A stretch of DNA of 48,188 nucleotides from an uncultured Micavibrio sp. (GTDB taxonomy: Bacteria > Pseudomonadota > Alphaproteobacteria > Micavibrionales > Micavibrionaceae), in assembly GCA_964570705.1 (NCBI GenBank), contig CAZMZK010000001.1, forward strand, positions 1 through 48,188, given 5' to 3'. Position numbers and translations under genes: made by a program. Positions 37,432-45,667 of this stretch are shown piece by piece (position 1 is the stretch's first letter; each line of letters starts with the position of its first letter). The notes under the pieces were generated by a model. The model worked only from the letters and a program-made list of their open reading frames with translations. It did no database searches and was not told the origin of the DNA.

Positions 37432-37917
37432 CTACAGGCGTGTGACGCACGCATCCGCGCCGGATAATTCGACCGCACTGGCAACGGGTTCTACCTGAAG
37501 ATCTGTGACCACACCCTTGTCAATCACCATGGAAAACCGTTGAGCGCGGGTTCCAAGACCGGCTCCGGCGGCGTCCAGTGTTAATCCGAGGGCGGTGACC
37601 AATGCGGCGTTCCAATCGGGCAGCATGGTGACTTTGCCGGTTGCACCGACCAGTTCACCCCATGATTTCATCACAAAGGGATCATTCACCGACACGCAGA
37701 TTATTTCATCGACACCTTTGGCCTTGATGGCCTCTGCATTGGCGATATAGCCGGGCAAGTGTTTCTGATGGCAGGTCGGGGTAAAGGCCCCCGGAACGGC
37801 AAACACCACCACTTTTTTGCCCGCAACATATGTTGCAAAGGAGATGTCTTCCATCCCGTTGTCGCCAAGGCGTTTCAAAGAAATATCCGGAATCGTGTCG
37901 CCAATTTTTATCGTCAT
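37432..37917 (-). CDS. Prx5-type peroxiredoxin (AhpC/TSA family)
   Basis: 161 aa with the PGAFTPTC peroxidatic Cys motif and Prx5/PrxD-like length. Confidence 0.9.
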   Translation of the reverse strand: MTIKIGDTIPDISLKRLGDNGMEDISFATYVAGKKVVVFAVPGAFTPTCHQKHLPGYIANAEAIKAKGVDEIICVSVNDPFVMKSWGELVGATGKVTMLPDWNAALVTALGLTLDAAGAGLGTRAQRFSMVIDKGVVTDLQVEPVASAVELSGADACVTRL

Positions 37918-37974
37918 AGTAGATCCTTGATCAATGAGGGTTTCAGTTTAGACTAATGGAAAACAGATATAGAC

Positions 37975-38616
37975 TTACTGGCTGACCCAGACAATACGCG
38001 ATATCCACAAAATGTCCTTGGCTGCTAGAATGTCATCGCCTTCGGCCGGAGGCAACGATTTTAATTCGACTTTGCCACCTGTCTGGCGTGCCAATTCCTT
38101 GGCGTGCAATGCGCCACTGATGGTTTTGACAACCACACGATCCCCGCGCCGTACAGGGGCGTTTGGGGCGATAATCAACCGATCGCCTTCGCGAAACAAT
38201 GGCAACATCCCATTTCCTGTCACTTCCAGCGCATACATCATCAGGCCCTCATCGGGGGCATAAGGGAAATGGATATAATCCCACCCTTCTCCCTTGGGAT
38301 TGCCGGATTCATCAAACACATCGCTGTGTTCGGCCTGATGGGTGGCGATGACCGGAATGCGCGAATGGGTGCGGACGGTTGTGGATGCGGTGCTGATCAA
38401 CCCGATAAAATCGGCCATGCTGGAATTCGTGGCACTCAGGATGCGGGCGATACTCTCGGTAGATGGCCAGCGTGGCTTGCCATCTGCGCCAATTCGTTTG
38501 CTGCGGTTGAACGATGTCGGATCCAGTCCTGCTTTTTTGGCAAGACCCGATGTGGAGTAACCGCAACTTTGCGCCAGACGATCAATCGCTAGCCAGATAG
38601 TGTCGTGTGTCAGCAT
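37975..38616 (-). CDS. HTH + S24 (LexA/CI-like) domain regulator with the catalytic Ser replaced by Gly
   Basis: ATG at 38616 gives MLTHDTIWLAIDRLAQSCGYSTSGLAKKAGLDPTSFNRSKR (HTH). The C-terminal S24 fold has VTGNGMLPLF where LexA, CI and UmuD have G-(D/N/M)-S-M. The Lys context ALHAKEL is retained. Confidence 0.8.
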   Translation of the reverse strand: MLTHDTIWLAIDRLAQSCGYSTSGLAKKAGLDPTSFNRSKRIGADGKPRWPSTESIARILSATNSSMADFIGLISTASTTVRTHSRIPVIATHQAEHSDVFDESGNPKGEGWDYIHFPYAPDEGLMMYALEVTGNGMLPLFREGDRLIIAPNAPVRRGDRVVVKTISGALHAKELARQTGGKVELKSLPPAEGDDILAAKDILWISRIVWVSQ

Positions 38617-38678
38617 GATGTTCCTAGTATCGCATAAGTCTTTAATCCTAGATATAGGAAAAAAATCATAAATTTTTC

Positions 38679-38707
38679 TTGACAGGAGCAAAAAGAGTCG
38701 GTATCAA
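38679..38707 (+). promoter_or_regulatory. candidate sigma70-type promoter for the rightward phage operon
   Basis: TTGACA (38679-38684), 17 nt, TATCAA (38702-38707), in the divergent intergenic region. The nearby tcctagtat and tcctagatat repeats (38622-38656) could be operator half-sites. Confidence 0.3.
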
Positions 38708-38793
38708 TGAGAACATAAAGGGAACAATTGTAACTTTTTTCAGGTTTTGTGCCGGTTACGCTGTTCCGCAACTCTTCTGGGGACTTAATTATA

Positions 38794-39206
38794 TGACAAC
38801 GTTCAAGACGATCACAGGGTCGCCGTTGCTGACGGCTGACGACACGATTCCATTCAAATCAGCCGAAGAAGCCTGGTTCTGGTTCATTCAGGCGCAAACT
38901 GCCCGCAACGAGGGCGCAAAAATCACGGCCGGAGCCGGATTATATGCGCGCCCCTGTGAGCCGGTAGATATTATTCAGGCGCTGGAGCGCCTGTATCGTC
39001 ATCGCCGTGTGACCATGGATCATGTGATGATTTTGCGTCATTATGGCCAGCGATCTCTCTCGCCTGACCCGCGCCGCCCCAAAGAAAAACGCGCTTATGG
39101 TTTGTGGAAAGAGGCTTTGGAAAAACTCGAAGATGTTTTGGTCACCAAACGTATTGTGGTGCGTCCTCATTGGATCCGCTTGGTGTGTAACAATGATGCC
39201 GGATGA
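38794..39206 (+). CDS. hypothetical phage-associated protein
   Basis: 137 aa from ATG 38794 (MTTFKTITGSP..; FKSAEEAWFWFIQAQTARNEG ... LYRHRRVTMDHVMILRHYG). First gene of the rightward operon. Function unknown. Confidence 0.5.
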
Positions 39207-39567
39207 AATTCTGGTGGTCTTTACCGACCAGACGGATCTGTGGTGGCTCACATGTTTGCGCCGCGGATTCCGTCATTGCTTTGTTCTGCTCCGCTTTGCG
39301 GATGTATGGATATGTGTTGATGCCTTGGCGCATAAGACCGAAGTCATGCGTCTGGATTTGCCGGATGGGTTCCATTTGAAAGATTGGTTCGAACATCAGG
39401 GAGATCGGGTGATTTCTGTCCCTGTGCCTCTGTCATCCGCGACACCAAAAATTTTATGGCCGGCGGCTTTTAGTTGCGTGGAAAGTGTCAAACGCATTCT
39501 GGGAGTACGGTCATTTTTTATTCTCACGCCGTGGCAACTTTTTCGCCATCTGCAGTCTTTAACCTGA
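39193..39567 (+). CDS. hypothetical phage-associated protein
   Basis: 124 aa from ATG 39193 (MMPDEILVVF..). 14-nt overlap with the previous gene. No recognisable domain. Confidence 0.45.
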   Translation: MMPDEILVVFTDQTDLWWLTCLRRGFRHCFVLLRFADVWICVDALAHKTEVMRLDLPDGFHLKDWFEHQGDRVISVPVPLSSATPKILWPAAFSCVESVKRILGVRSFFILTPWQLFRHLQSLT

Positions 39568-39585
39568 AAGGATACCATCACTATC

Positions 39586-39834
39586 ATGGGAAGCATTACG
39601 TCACGCCCCAAAATTCCTACGGCGGCCGCTGTGGTAACTCCACAAACAACGGAGTCCAGCTCCGCCGTCACGACATCGCCAACCGTGGCCAGTCCGGACG
39701 AGGTTGCCAAATCCCGCGTCGAGACTGTTTTGCGCCGATCGCGTAGCGTTCTGGGGAACGTCTTAACCAGCTATCGCGGTCTTTTGAATGAAAACAGCAC
39801 TGCGCCACAACGCAAATCCTTGTTGGGAGAATAA
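39586..39834 (+). CDS. hypothetical small phage protein
   Basis: 82 aa, low-complexity T/S/A-rich centre, ends RKSLLGE. Its N-terminus MGSITS resembles the MGSLTS N-terminus of the 47588 gene. Confidence 0.45.
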   Translation: MGSITSRPKIPTAAAVVTPQTTESSSAVTTSPTVASPDEVAKSRVETVLRRSRSVLGNVLTSYRGLLNENSTAPQRKSLLGE

Positions 39835-39837
39835 TCC

Positions 39838-41316
39838 ATGTCCGAAGATCTGAATCAGTTGCTGGCGCGAAAATTTCGTGCAGCAAAATCACAACACGAC
39901 CAATGGCAAGGGGTGTGGCGGGATTGCTATGATTACGCGCTCCCCCAATGTAGCTCCTATCTCTCCGGAAGTGGTGCGGTCAATCGGCGCAGTGAATCGT
40001 TGTACGATGGGACAGCGCTCGATTCGGTGGATCAATTGGCCAGTCTGTTATTGGGCAATGTGACGCCACCATTGACTCCCTGGTTTGGATTAAAAGCCGG
40101 AACCGATTTGACACCGGATGAAGCCAAGGCGATTGCGCCTGCGCTTGAGAAAGCGACACGTTTGTTGCAGGCCCATTTTGATCAATCGAATTTTATTGTC
40201 GAGATTCATCAATGTTTTCTGGATCTGGTTGTCGCTGGAACCGCGTCTTTGGTATTTGAAGAGGCGGATATTGGCGAATTATCTGCCTTTCATTTTATGG
40301 CCAATCCGTTGAGCGACATCGTGATGGATGAAAGCGCACATGGCAAGCTGGATACGGTGTTTCGTTCCATCGCATTAACCCTGCCCCAGATTCTGGCGCG
40401 GTATGAGGGCGCGGATATACCGTTATCTTTATTGCACACAGGAAATCGTCATCCGGATGAAACCTTTCCGTTGATGGAGGTTGTCACAAAACATCCGGAC
40501 GGGCATGGATATCTCTTTGCTTTATGTGATCCGGACACGCTCGAGATCATCTATCAAAGCACGTTGCCGCAATCGCCGTTTATCAATTTCCGTTGGATGA
40601 AATCTCCGGGGGAAATTTATGGGCGGTCTCCGGTGATGAAGGCATTGCCGGATATTAAAACCGCCAACAAAGTTGTCGAATTGATCCTGAAAAATGCGTC
40701 GATTTCGGTCACTGGGATTTGGCAGGCCGAAGATGATGGTGTGTTAAATTTGTCCAATATTGAATTGGTTCCCGGCGCTATTATTCCAAAAGCCATAGGG
40801 TCCAAAGGTTTGACGCCGTTGGAGATGCCCGCACGGTTTGATGTATCGCAATTGGTGTTGAGCGATTTGCGCGGGCGCATTCGTCATGCGTTGTTGGCTG
40901 ATCGTTTGCCGCAGATAAGTGATGCTGGCCGCGCTACGGCCACCGAAATTACGTTGCGATCGAACGAGATGACGTTGCTTTTGGGGGCCACATTCGGGCG
41001 TTTGCAAGTCGAATTGTTGAACCCGTTATTGCAGCGGGCGTATCAGATTTTGCGCAAGCGCGGTGTGATTCCCGATTTACCGCTGGATGGGCGGGTGGTT
41101 GCGATTGATTACCGATCGCCGTTGGCCCGTGCGCAATCATCGCAAACAGTGCAGCAGGCTTTAGGCTGGATACAGGCTGCCACCAGTCTCGGCCCCGATA
41201 TTGTGGCGCAAATCAATCGTCCGGCGATGATGGCCTACCTGACCGAGATGTTGGGTGTGCCGGATTTCCTGACACAACCTGACTCATCTTTCATTATTCC
41301 AACAAAAGGAGACTAA
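39838..41316 (+). CDS. phage portal (head-to-tail connector, T7 gp8-like)
   Basis: 492 aa with SD gggaga. The N-terminal block (W..VWRDCYDYALPQ ... LYDGTALDSVDQLASLLLGNVTPPLTPWFGL) resembles the podoviral Head-tail_con family. Position before scaffold and capsid supports the call. Confidence 0.8.
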   Translation: MSEDLNQLLARKFRAAKSQHDQWQGVWRDCYDYALPQCSSYLSGSGAVNRRSESLYDGTALDSVDQLASLLLGNVTPPLTPWFGLKAGTDLTPDEAKAIAPALEKATRLLQAHFDQSNFIVEIHQCFLDLVVAGTASLVFEEADIGELSAFHFMANPLSDIVMDESAHGKLDTVFRSIALTLPQILARYEGADIPLSLLHTGNRHPDETFPLMEVVTKHPDGHGYLFALCDPDTLEIIYQSTLPQSPFINFRWMKSPGEIYGRSPVMKALPDIKTANKVVELILKNASISVTGIWQAEDDGVLNLSNIELVPGAIIPKAIGSKGLTPLEMPARFDVSQLVLSDLRGRIRHALLADRLPQISDAGRATATEITLRSNEMTLLLGATFGRLQVELLNPLLQRAYQILRKRGVIPDLPLDGRVVAIDYRSPLARAQSSQTVQQALGWIQAATSLGPDIVAQINRPAMMAYLTEMLGVPDFLTQPDSSFIIPTKGD

Positions 41317-41319
41317 CCT

Positions 41320-42094
41320 ATGACCGATCTGACCCCCACCCAAACCAGTGACAATTTGTTAACCGCCGCCGTTGATGTGAATGACACCGCTGCCCCAGCC
41401 ACGCAAGATCCTGCGAAGCCCGATTCGGTGCCGGATAAATTCTGGGATGCCGACAAAAAAGAAATTCGGGTTGATGCTCTTCTCAATTCGTATCTGGCTC
41501 TTGAACGGCGCGCCTCGAAAATGGTGCCTCTGCCAGAGACAGAAGATGATCGCAAGCGGTTGCAAAAAAATCATGGGGCTCCCTGATACGGCGGATCAAT
41601 ATGATATTACTTTGCACAATGATGTGATTGCGATTGATCCGGAATTGAACGCCCGCTTGCACCAGAAAGGGTTTACCAATGATCAGGTGCAGGAAATTTA
41701 TGATCTGGCCACCGAGAAACTGGTGCCGATGATATTGGATATGGCCGCAGAGTTTCAGGCTGACCGCGAATTGGAACGTTTGGTCAAAGAATTCGGCGGG
41801 CCGGAAAAATGGGATGTCGTCTCCAAACAATTGCAGGAATTTGGTCAGAAAAATCTGCCTGCGTCTGCCTATGACGGGCTTTGTTGTTCATATGACGGCG
41901 TGATGGCGTTATATGCCATGATGAAGTCCGGCGCGAAAAGTCCGATTGCCAAGGATGAGACAACCGCGATTGGCCCGATCGATGAAGCCGGATTAAAACA
42001 GATGATGCAAAATCCGAAATACTGGCGCGAGCGTGATCCTGCCTTTATCGCGCGGGTGAGTGATGGATTCCAGAAGCTGTATGGTGGTCAGTGA
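41320..42094 (+). CDS. phage scaffolding-like protein, reading frame broken at an A7 run (41564-41570)
   Basis: Frame 1 (41320-41586) ends ..RKRLQKNHGAP*. Frame 2 continues IMGLPDTADQYDITLHND.. to 42094. Removing one A gives a continuous 257-aa protein reading ..RKRLQKIMGLPDTADQYDI... SD aaggag. Position between portal and capsid. Confidence 0.6.
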
Positions 42095-42186
42095 GTGTTT
42101 TAGTGATCAGTGATTAGTGGCGAGTGATCAGTTTTATGCAAGGCGTCATCCCGTTGGCGTGTTCCGTTAGGAACGCTTGCACAAAC

Positions 42187-42281
42187 GGGATCCAGAAAAG
42201 AGCGGAAAGCAATGCTTTCCGCACATCATGGATTCCGGCTGTGTGAGTTTTTTCTACGAAAAAACACCGCCGGAATGACGG
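42187..42281. repeat. 95-nt nested-hairpin element, copy 1 (inverted partner at 48051-48145)
   Basis: gggatccagaaaagagcggaaagcaatgctttccgcacatcatggattccggctgtgtgagttttttctacgaaaaaacaccgccggaatgacgg. 91 of 95 positions are identical to the reverse complement of 48051-48145. It is preceded by a gtcatcccgtt..aacgggatcc hairpin (42146-42194). Confidence 0.85.
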
Positions 42282-42300
42282 TCTGCCAGAGCGGTATGAA

Positions 42301-42699
42301 CTAAGCCTGTGATCCGGCGAATTCGCGGGCGTTAAAGTCGTCAATCACGTTCTGGAACGTTTTTCGCATGTCGTTGTTAACCGGCAAGAATTGGAACGAG
42401 ACCGATTCGTTGGATTTGCGCACGACTTTGGCTTTGTGTTTAACGCTGATCAAATTCTCGCGCAGATGGAATTTCAATTCGACATCCATTTCTTCACCAA
42501 GGGCCACAGGGCGGGTATCGGCAAATACCCGCATGCCGCCCGGGCTCCAGTCAAGGATCGGGTGGGCTTTGCCATTGATGAAGCCCACGCACTGGTCGCA
42601 GCTGCGGCGTGGATGAACACGGCGCGAGGCGAAGCCGTCTGTGCCGTCCGAAGAGATCGAATTTTTAAACCCTAATGCAGTCATAATACCCTGCAGCAT
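42301..42699 (-). CDS. single-domain PilZ c-di-GMP receptor (reverse-strand cargo gene between scaffold and capsid)
   Basis: 132 aa with SD taggag 9 nt upstream of the ATG at 42699. The PilZ signature RRVHPRR (RxxxR) ... DWSPGG (D/NxSxxG) is present. Confidence 0.8.
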   Translation of the reverse strand: MLQGIMTALGFKNSISSDGTDGFASRRVHPRRSCDQCVGFINGKAHPILDWSPGGMRVFADTRPVALGEEMDVELKFHLRENLISVKHKAKVVRKSNESVSFQFLPVNNDMRKTFQNVIDDFNAREFAGSQA

Positions 42700-42987
42700 A
42701 ATTTTTGCTCCTAAAACTGTCTATGACAAAAGGCGTAGATTTTGAGTTGTCTACAGATAAAACGCAGCTTTCGTCATCCTATAGTCCGGATCATACACCA
42801 AGACGCCGGACAAAACAATAAAAATATGTTTATGACAATAAATAGTCCTGATTTCCCCAGATAACCGCCTGTTTTCTGCCCGAAAACGGCGGCCTGAGAC
42901 GATACAACACTGCCTTTTCTCTGGCCGGACACGAGAACCGGAGGCAAGGGCATTCCCGTAACCCCCATAACCCAAAAGGATACATAC

Positions 42988-43818
42988 ATGAGTACAGATA
43001 TCAATCTCGCCTTTGTGAAGCAGTTCGAACGTGAAGTGCATGAGGCGTACCAACGGCAAGGGTCCAAATTGCGCGGCGCCGTGCGCGTGATCAACAATGT
43101 AAAAGGATCGTCCGTTGTCTTCCAGAAAGTCGGAAAAGGCACCGCATCCACAAAATCCACCCATGGCATGGTGCCGGTGATGAATGTCAGCCATACCGCC
43201 GTCGAATGCGTGTTGCAGGATTATTACGCCGGTGATTGGGTCGATAAATTGTCCGAGTTGAAGATCAATCACGATGAACGCGCCGTGATTGCGAATGCCG
43301 GAGCCTATGCGCTCGGTCGTAAAACCGATGATCTGATTATCGGTGCGCTTGCCTCTGCAACATCGTTGGTGATTCCGGATGCCAATATCGGCCTGACCCG
43401 CGATAAGGTTCTCTCCGCCTTTGAAAAACTCGGCGGCGCGGACGTGCCGGATGATGGCCAGCGTTTCGCCGTGATCGGGTGGAAGCAATGGAGCGAGTTG
43501 TTGAAAATCCCTGAATTCGCCTCATCCGAATATGTCGGTGCGGATGAATTGCCGTATAAAAATATGCAGGCCAGAAAATGGTTGGGAACCACATGGATTC
43601 CGATGTCGGGCTTGCCCATGGATGGCAATGATATCCGGTCGTGTTTCTGGTTCCACAAAACCGCCATTGGCCATGCGTCGGGGTCGGATGTCCAGTCCGA
43701 TATTACCTGGCACGGCGATCGTGCGGCGCACTTTGTCAACAACATGATGTCCCAAGGGTCGGTGTTGATTGATGGGTCAGGTGTGGTGGTCATCAACTGT
43801 GACGAAACCCCTGATTAG
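42988..43818 (+). CDS. phage major capsid protein
   Basis: 276 aa with SD aaagga. It is in the capsid position after the scaffold. The N-terminal LAFVKQFEREVHEAYQRQGSKLRGAVRV and C-terminal SQGSVLIDGSGVVVI blocks look like a recurrent phage capsid family, judged from memory only and not verified. Confidence 0.7.
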   Translation: MSTDINLAFVKQFEREVHEAYQRQGSKLRGAVRVINNVKGSSVVFQKVGKGTASTKSTHGMVPVMNVSHTAVECVLQDYYAGDWVDKLSELKINHDERAVIANAGAYALGRKTDDLIIGALASATSLVIPDANIGLTRDKVLSAFEKLGGADVPDDGQRFAVIGWKQWSELLKIPEFASSEYVGADELPYKNMQARKWLGTTWIPMSGLPMDGNDIRSCFWFHKTAIGHASGSDVQSDITWHGDRAAHFVNNMMSQGSVLIDGSGVVVINCDETPD

Positions 43819-43927
43819 TGTGTGAGTGAACAGTGATGAGGAATGAGTGGTCGGTCAATCATGATCCATCACTTGTTTCCCCATCCTCTATCTTTTTCAT
43901 GTCCAATTTTTATAAGGAGTACAAAAC

Positions 43928-44170
43928 ATGGCTTTTGCAACAAAAGACCTGAGCGTGTTGGCTTATGCCAATAATTTTACCCTGTGGCATTACACGACGT
44001 TTGATGCGTCGGTTTTAACCGCAGGATATTTCAACTCTGCAGCCAGTATGCTGCGGGTCAATGATCTGATGATTGTGAATCTCGATACAGATGGCACACC
44101 GTCAACAGTCTTTTATATCGTCACCGGAAACACCGGATCTGTCGTGACTGTTGCGACCTTCACCGCGTAA
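43928..44170 (+). CDS. small phage head-associated protein (decoration or accessory candidate)
   Basis: 80 aa with strong SD aaggag. Immediately downstream of the capsid gene. Confidence 0.5.
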   Translation: MAFATKDLSVLAYANNFTLWHYTTFDASVLTAGYFNSAASMLRVNDLMIVNLDTDGTPSTVFYIVTGNTGSVVTVATFTA

Positions 44171-44323
44171 TCACGCCTCCTGCCTTTGTGTGAAGGGTGC
44201 AGGTTTTTCCCTCCTCCTCTGCACCATTCTGTATCGATCCGGAATGGCCGGATATATCCTCCTCCCGCAACGGGATCCGGCCATTCCCCCTTTTTCAAGA
44301 CTCTTTATAACGGAGATTATATT

Positions 44324-44893
44324 ATGGCGTTGAATGATATTGGCCTGTGTGCCCGTGCCTTGGCCCGTGTGGGCGTGCATCCTATTACCTCTTTTGCCGA
44401 TGGAACGGCCGAATCCGAAATTGCGGCCTTGCTGTATCCGCCGTTGCGCGATGCGATTTTATCGTCCTATCCGTGGAGCTTTGCCACGGCGCAAATATCT
44501 TTGACACGGTTGGAGACTGCGCCTGTTGCCGATTATGCCTATGCGTATCAATTGCCGTCCGGTTTCTTGCGGGCGTTATCGGCGGGGATGGGGACGCGCG
44601 GGCGTGGCGTGTCGTATCGTCTGGTGCAAAATCAACTGCACAGCGATGCCAGTGCCATCACGCTGACCTATGTGTATCGCCCCGAGGAAGAAGATTTTCC
44701 ACCCTATTTTGCGTCAGCGGTGATCACGCGATTGGCCGCGGAATTTTGTTTGCCGCTCACCGAGAATACGGCGCGCGCCGAAGCTCTGGCCCGATTGGCG
44801 GATCAAGACCTTATCCGCGCCCGCCAGATTGATGCGCAACAACACAGCCCCAACCGGATCGAGCGCTTCCCGTTGATTGATGCGCGGGAGTAA
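44324..44893 (+). CDS. phage adaptor / tail tubular protein A-like (by position and size)
   Basis: ATG at 44324 with SD ggag gives 189 aa (MALNDIGLCARALARVGVHPITSF..YPWSFATAQ). T7 gp11 is of similar size and occupies the same position. The ORF-track start at 44186 is unlikely. Confidence 0.45.
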   Translation: MALNDIGLCARALARVGVHPITSFADGTAESEIAALLYPPLRDAILSSYPWSFATAQISLTRLETAPVADYAYAYQLPSGFLRALSAGMGTRGRGVSYRLVQNQLHSDASAITLTYVYRPEEEDFPPYFASAVITRLAAEFCLPLTENTARAEALARLADQDLIRARQIDAQQHSPNRIERFPLIDARE

Positions 44894-44904
44894 AAGTTAT
44901 TTGA

Positions 44905-45316
44905 ACCACAGAGGTTTTTTCTTCGCGATCGTCATCCCCCGATTTACTCGGGGGATCCAGAAAAGAAAGTTCTTTCACCACAAAGTGCACGAAGCTCTCG
45001 AAGTTCACGAAGTTTTTGTGTCCATAAAATCCGTGTTCATCTGTGGTCTTTAAGGTCTTTTTCTGGATCCCCCTAGACTGCTGCGCAGTCAGGGGATGCA
45101 GTCAGGGGATGATGTACGGGAAGTAAGAAACCTCTGCGGTCTCTGCGGATTCTTTGCGACCTCTGCGTGTGGCATTCTTTTTTTAACCACGAAGTGCACG
45201 AAGCGCGCGAAGGTGTTTGTGCTTCAGAAATTCCTTCGTGAATTTCGTGGTCTTCGTGGTTCAATTTTACTTTTTTCTGGATCCCCCGAGTAAATCGGGG
45301 GATGACGGGCGGAGGA
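44905..45316. repeat. cluster of nested or degenerate palindromic MITE-like elements
   Basis: gtcatcccccgatttactcgggggatccagaaaag (44931-44965) is inverted at 45270-45306. A related ctggatccccc..gtcaggggatg unit lies at 45063-45111. cacgaag, cttcgtg and ctctgcg short repeats lie in between. Confidence 0.8.
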
Positions 45317-45559
45317 TTAGTTTGTTCCGAAGCCGAGAGCTTGGAACCCATTTTGAATACATCTATCGTTTGCACTATGGAGAAATTTTAATACGTGTGC
45401 TTCAGGGCACTGGAATGCACGAGCGAGGTCACCCTTTGTAAAAAGATTATGATGCAAAGCATCTCTCACAATATCACCGACTGAATGACGATGAGGTTTT
45501 TCACCTGCAGCAAACTGGTTCAATTTCTTACGAATAGATAGTGCATGAGTATCGGTCAT
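45317..45559 (-). CDS. small putative HTH protein (reverse-strand cargo gene)
   Basis: 80 aa with SD gagggg 4-5 nt upstream. It has a helix-turn-helix-like stretch FTKGDLARAFQCPEAHVLKFL. Flanked by AT-rich DNA and the repeat cluster. Confidence 0.45.
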   Translation of the reverse strand: MTDTHALSIRKKLNQFAAGEKPHRHSVGDIVRDALHHNLFTKGDLARAFQCPEAHVLKFLHSANDRCIQNGFQALGFGTN

Positions 45560-45667
45560 TTTCCCCTCTTATTACGTTAAAGTTAATCGAAAATTTCATA
45601 TTTCATAACTTACGCAACCCGCTTTGTCAATATGAAAATATAATCCACCTTACTATCAGGAGAGTTT

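Noticed and set aside
37975-39837. Absence of a terminase between the regulator and the portal as evidence for a GTA-like element
   Set aside because: In T7-like gene order the terminase genes lie at the distal end, after the tail and internal proteins. That would be beyond 48188, so the absence here is uninformative.
41381-41572. The upstream part of the 237-aa frame-2 ORF as an independent overlapping gene
   Set aside because: This part overlaps the frame-1 scaffold N-terminus and translates to implausible sequence. Only the part after the A7 run looks like scaffold protein.
42751-43488. 245-aa reverse-strand ORF overlapping the capsid gene
   Set aside because: It is a shadow ORF antisense to a gene with a good SD and a capsid-like sequence. 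Its product is low-complexity (R/H/G-rich) and it has no SD.
44905-45316. CRISPR array
   Set aside because: The repeats are inverted or palindromic, of unequal length and irregularly spaced. There is no repeat-spacer periodicity and no cas genes.
45073-45375. 100-aa reverse-strand ORF (and 45096-45293 +) inside the repeat pile
   Set aside because: Both are composed almost entirely of palindromic repeat units. The translations (PRFTRGIQKK, HEDHEIHEG) are typical repeat-derived read-through.
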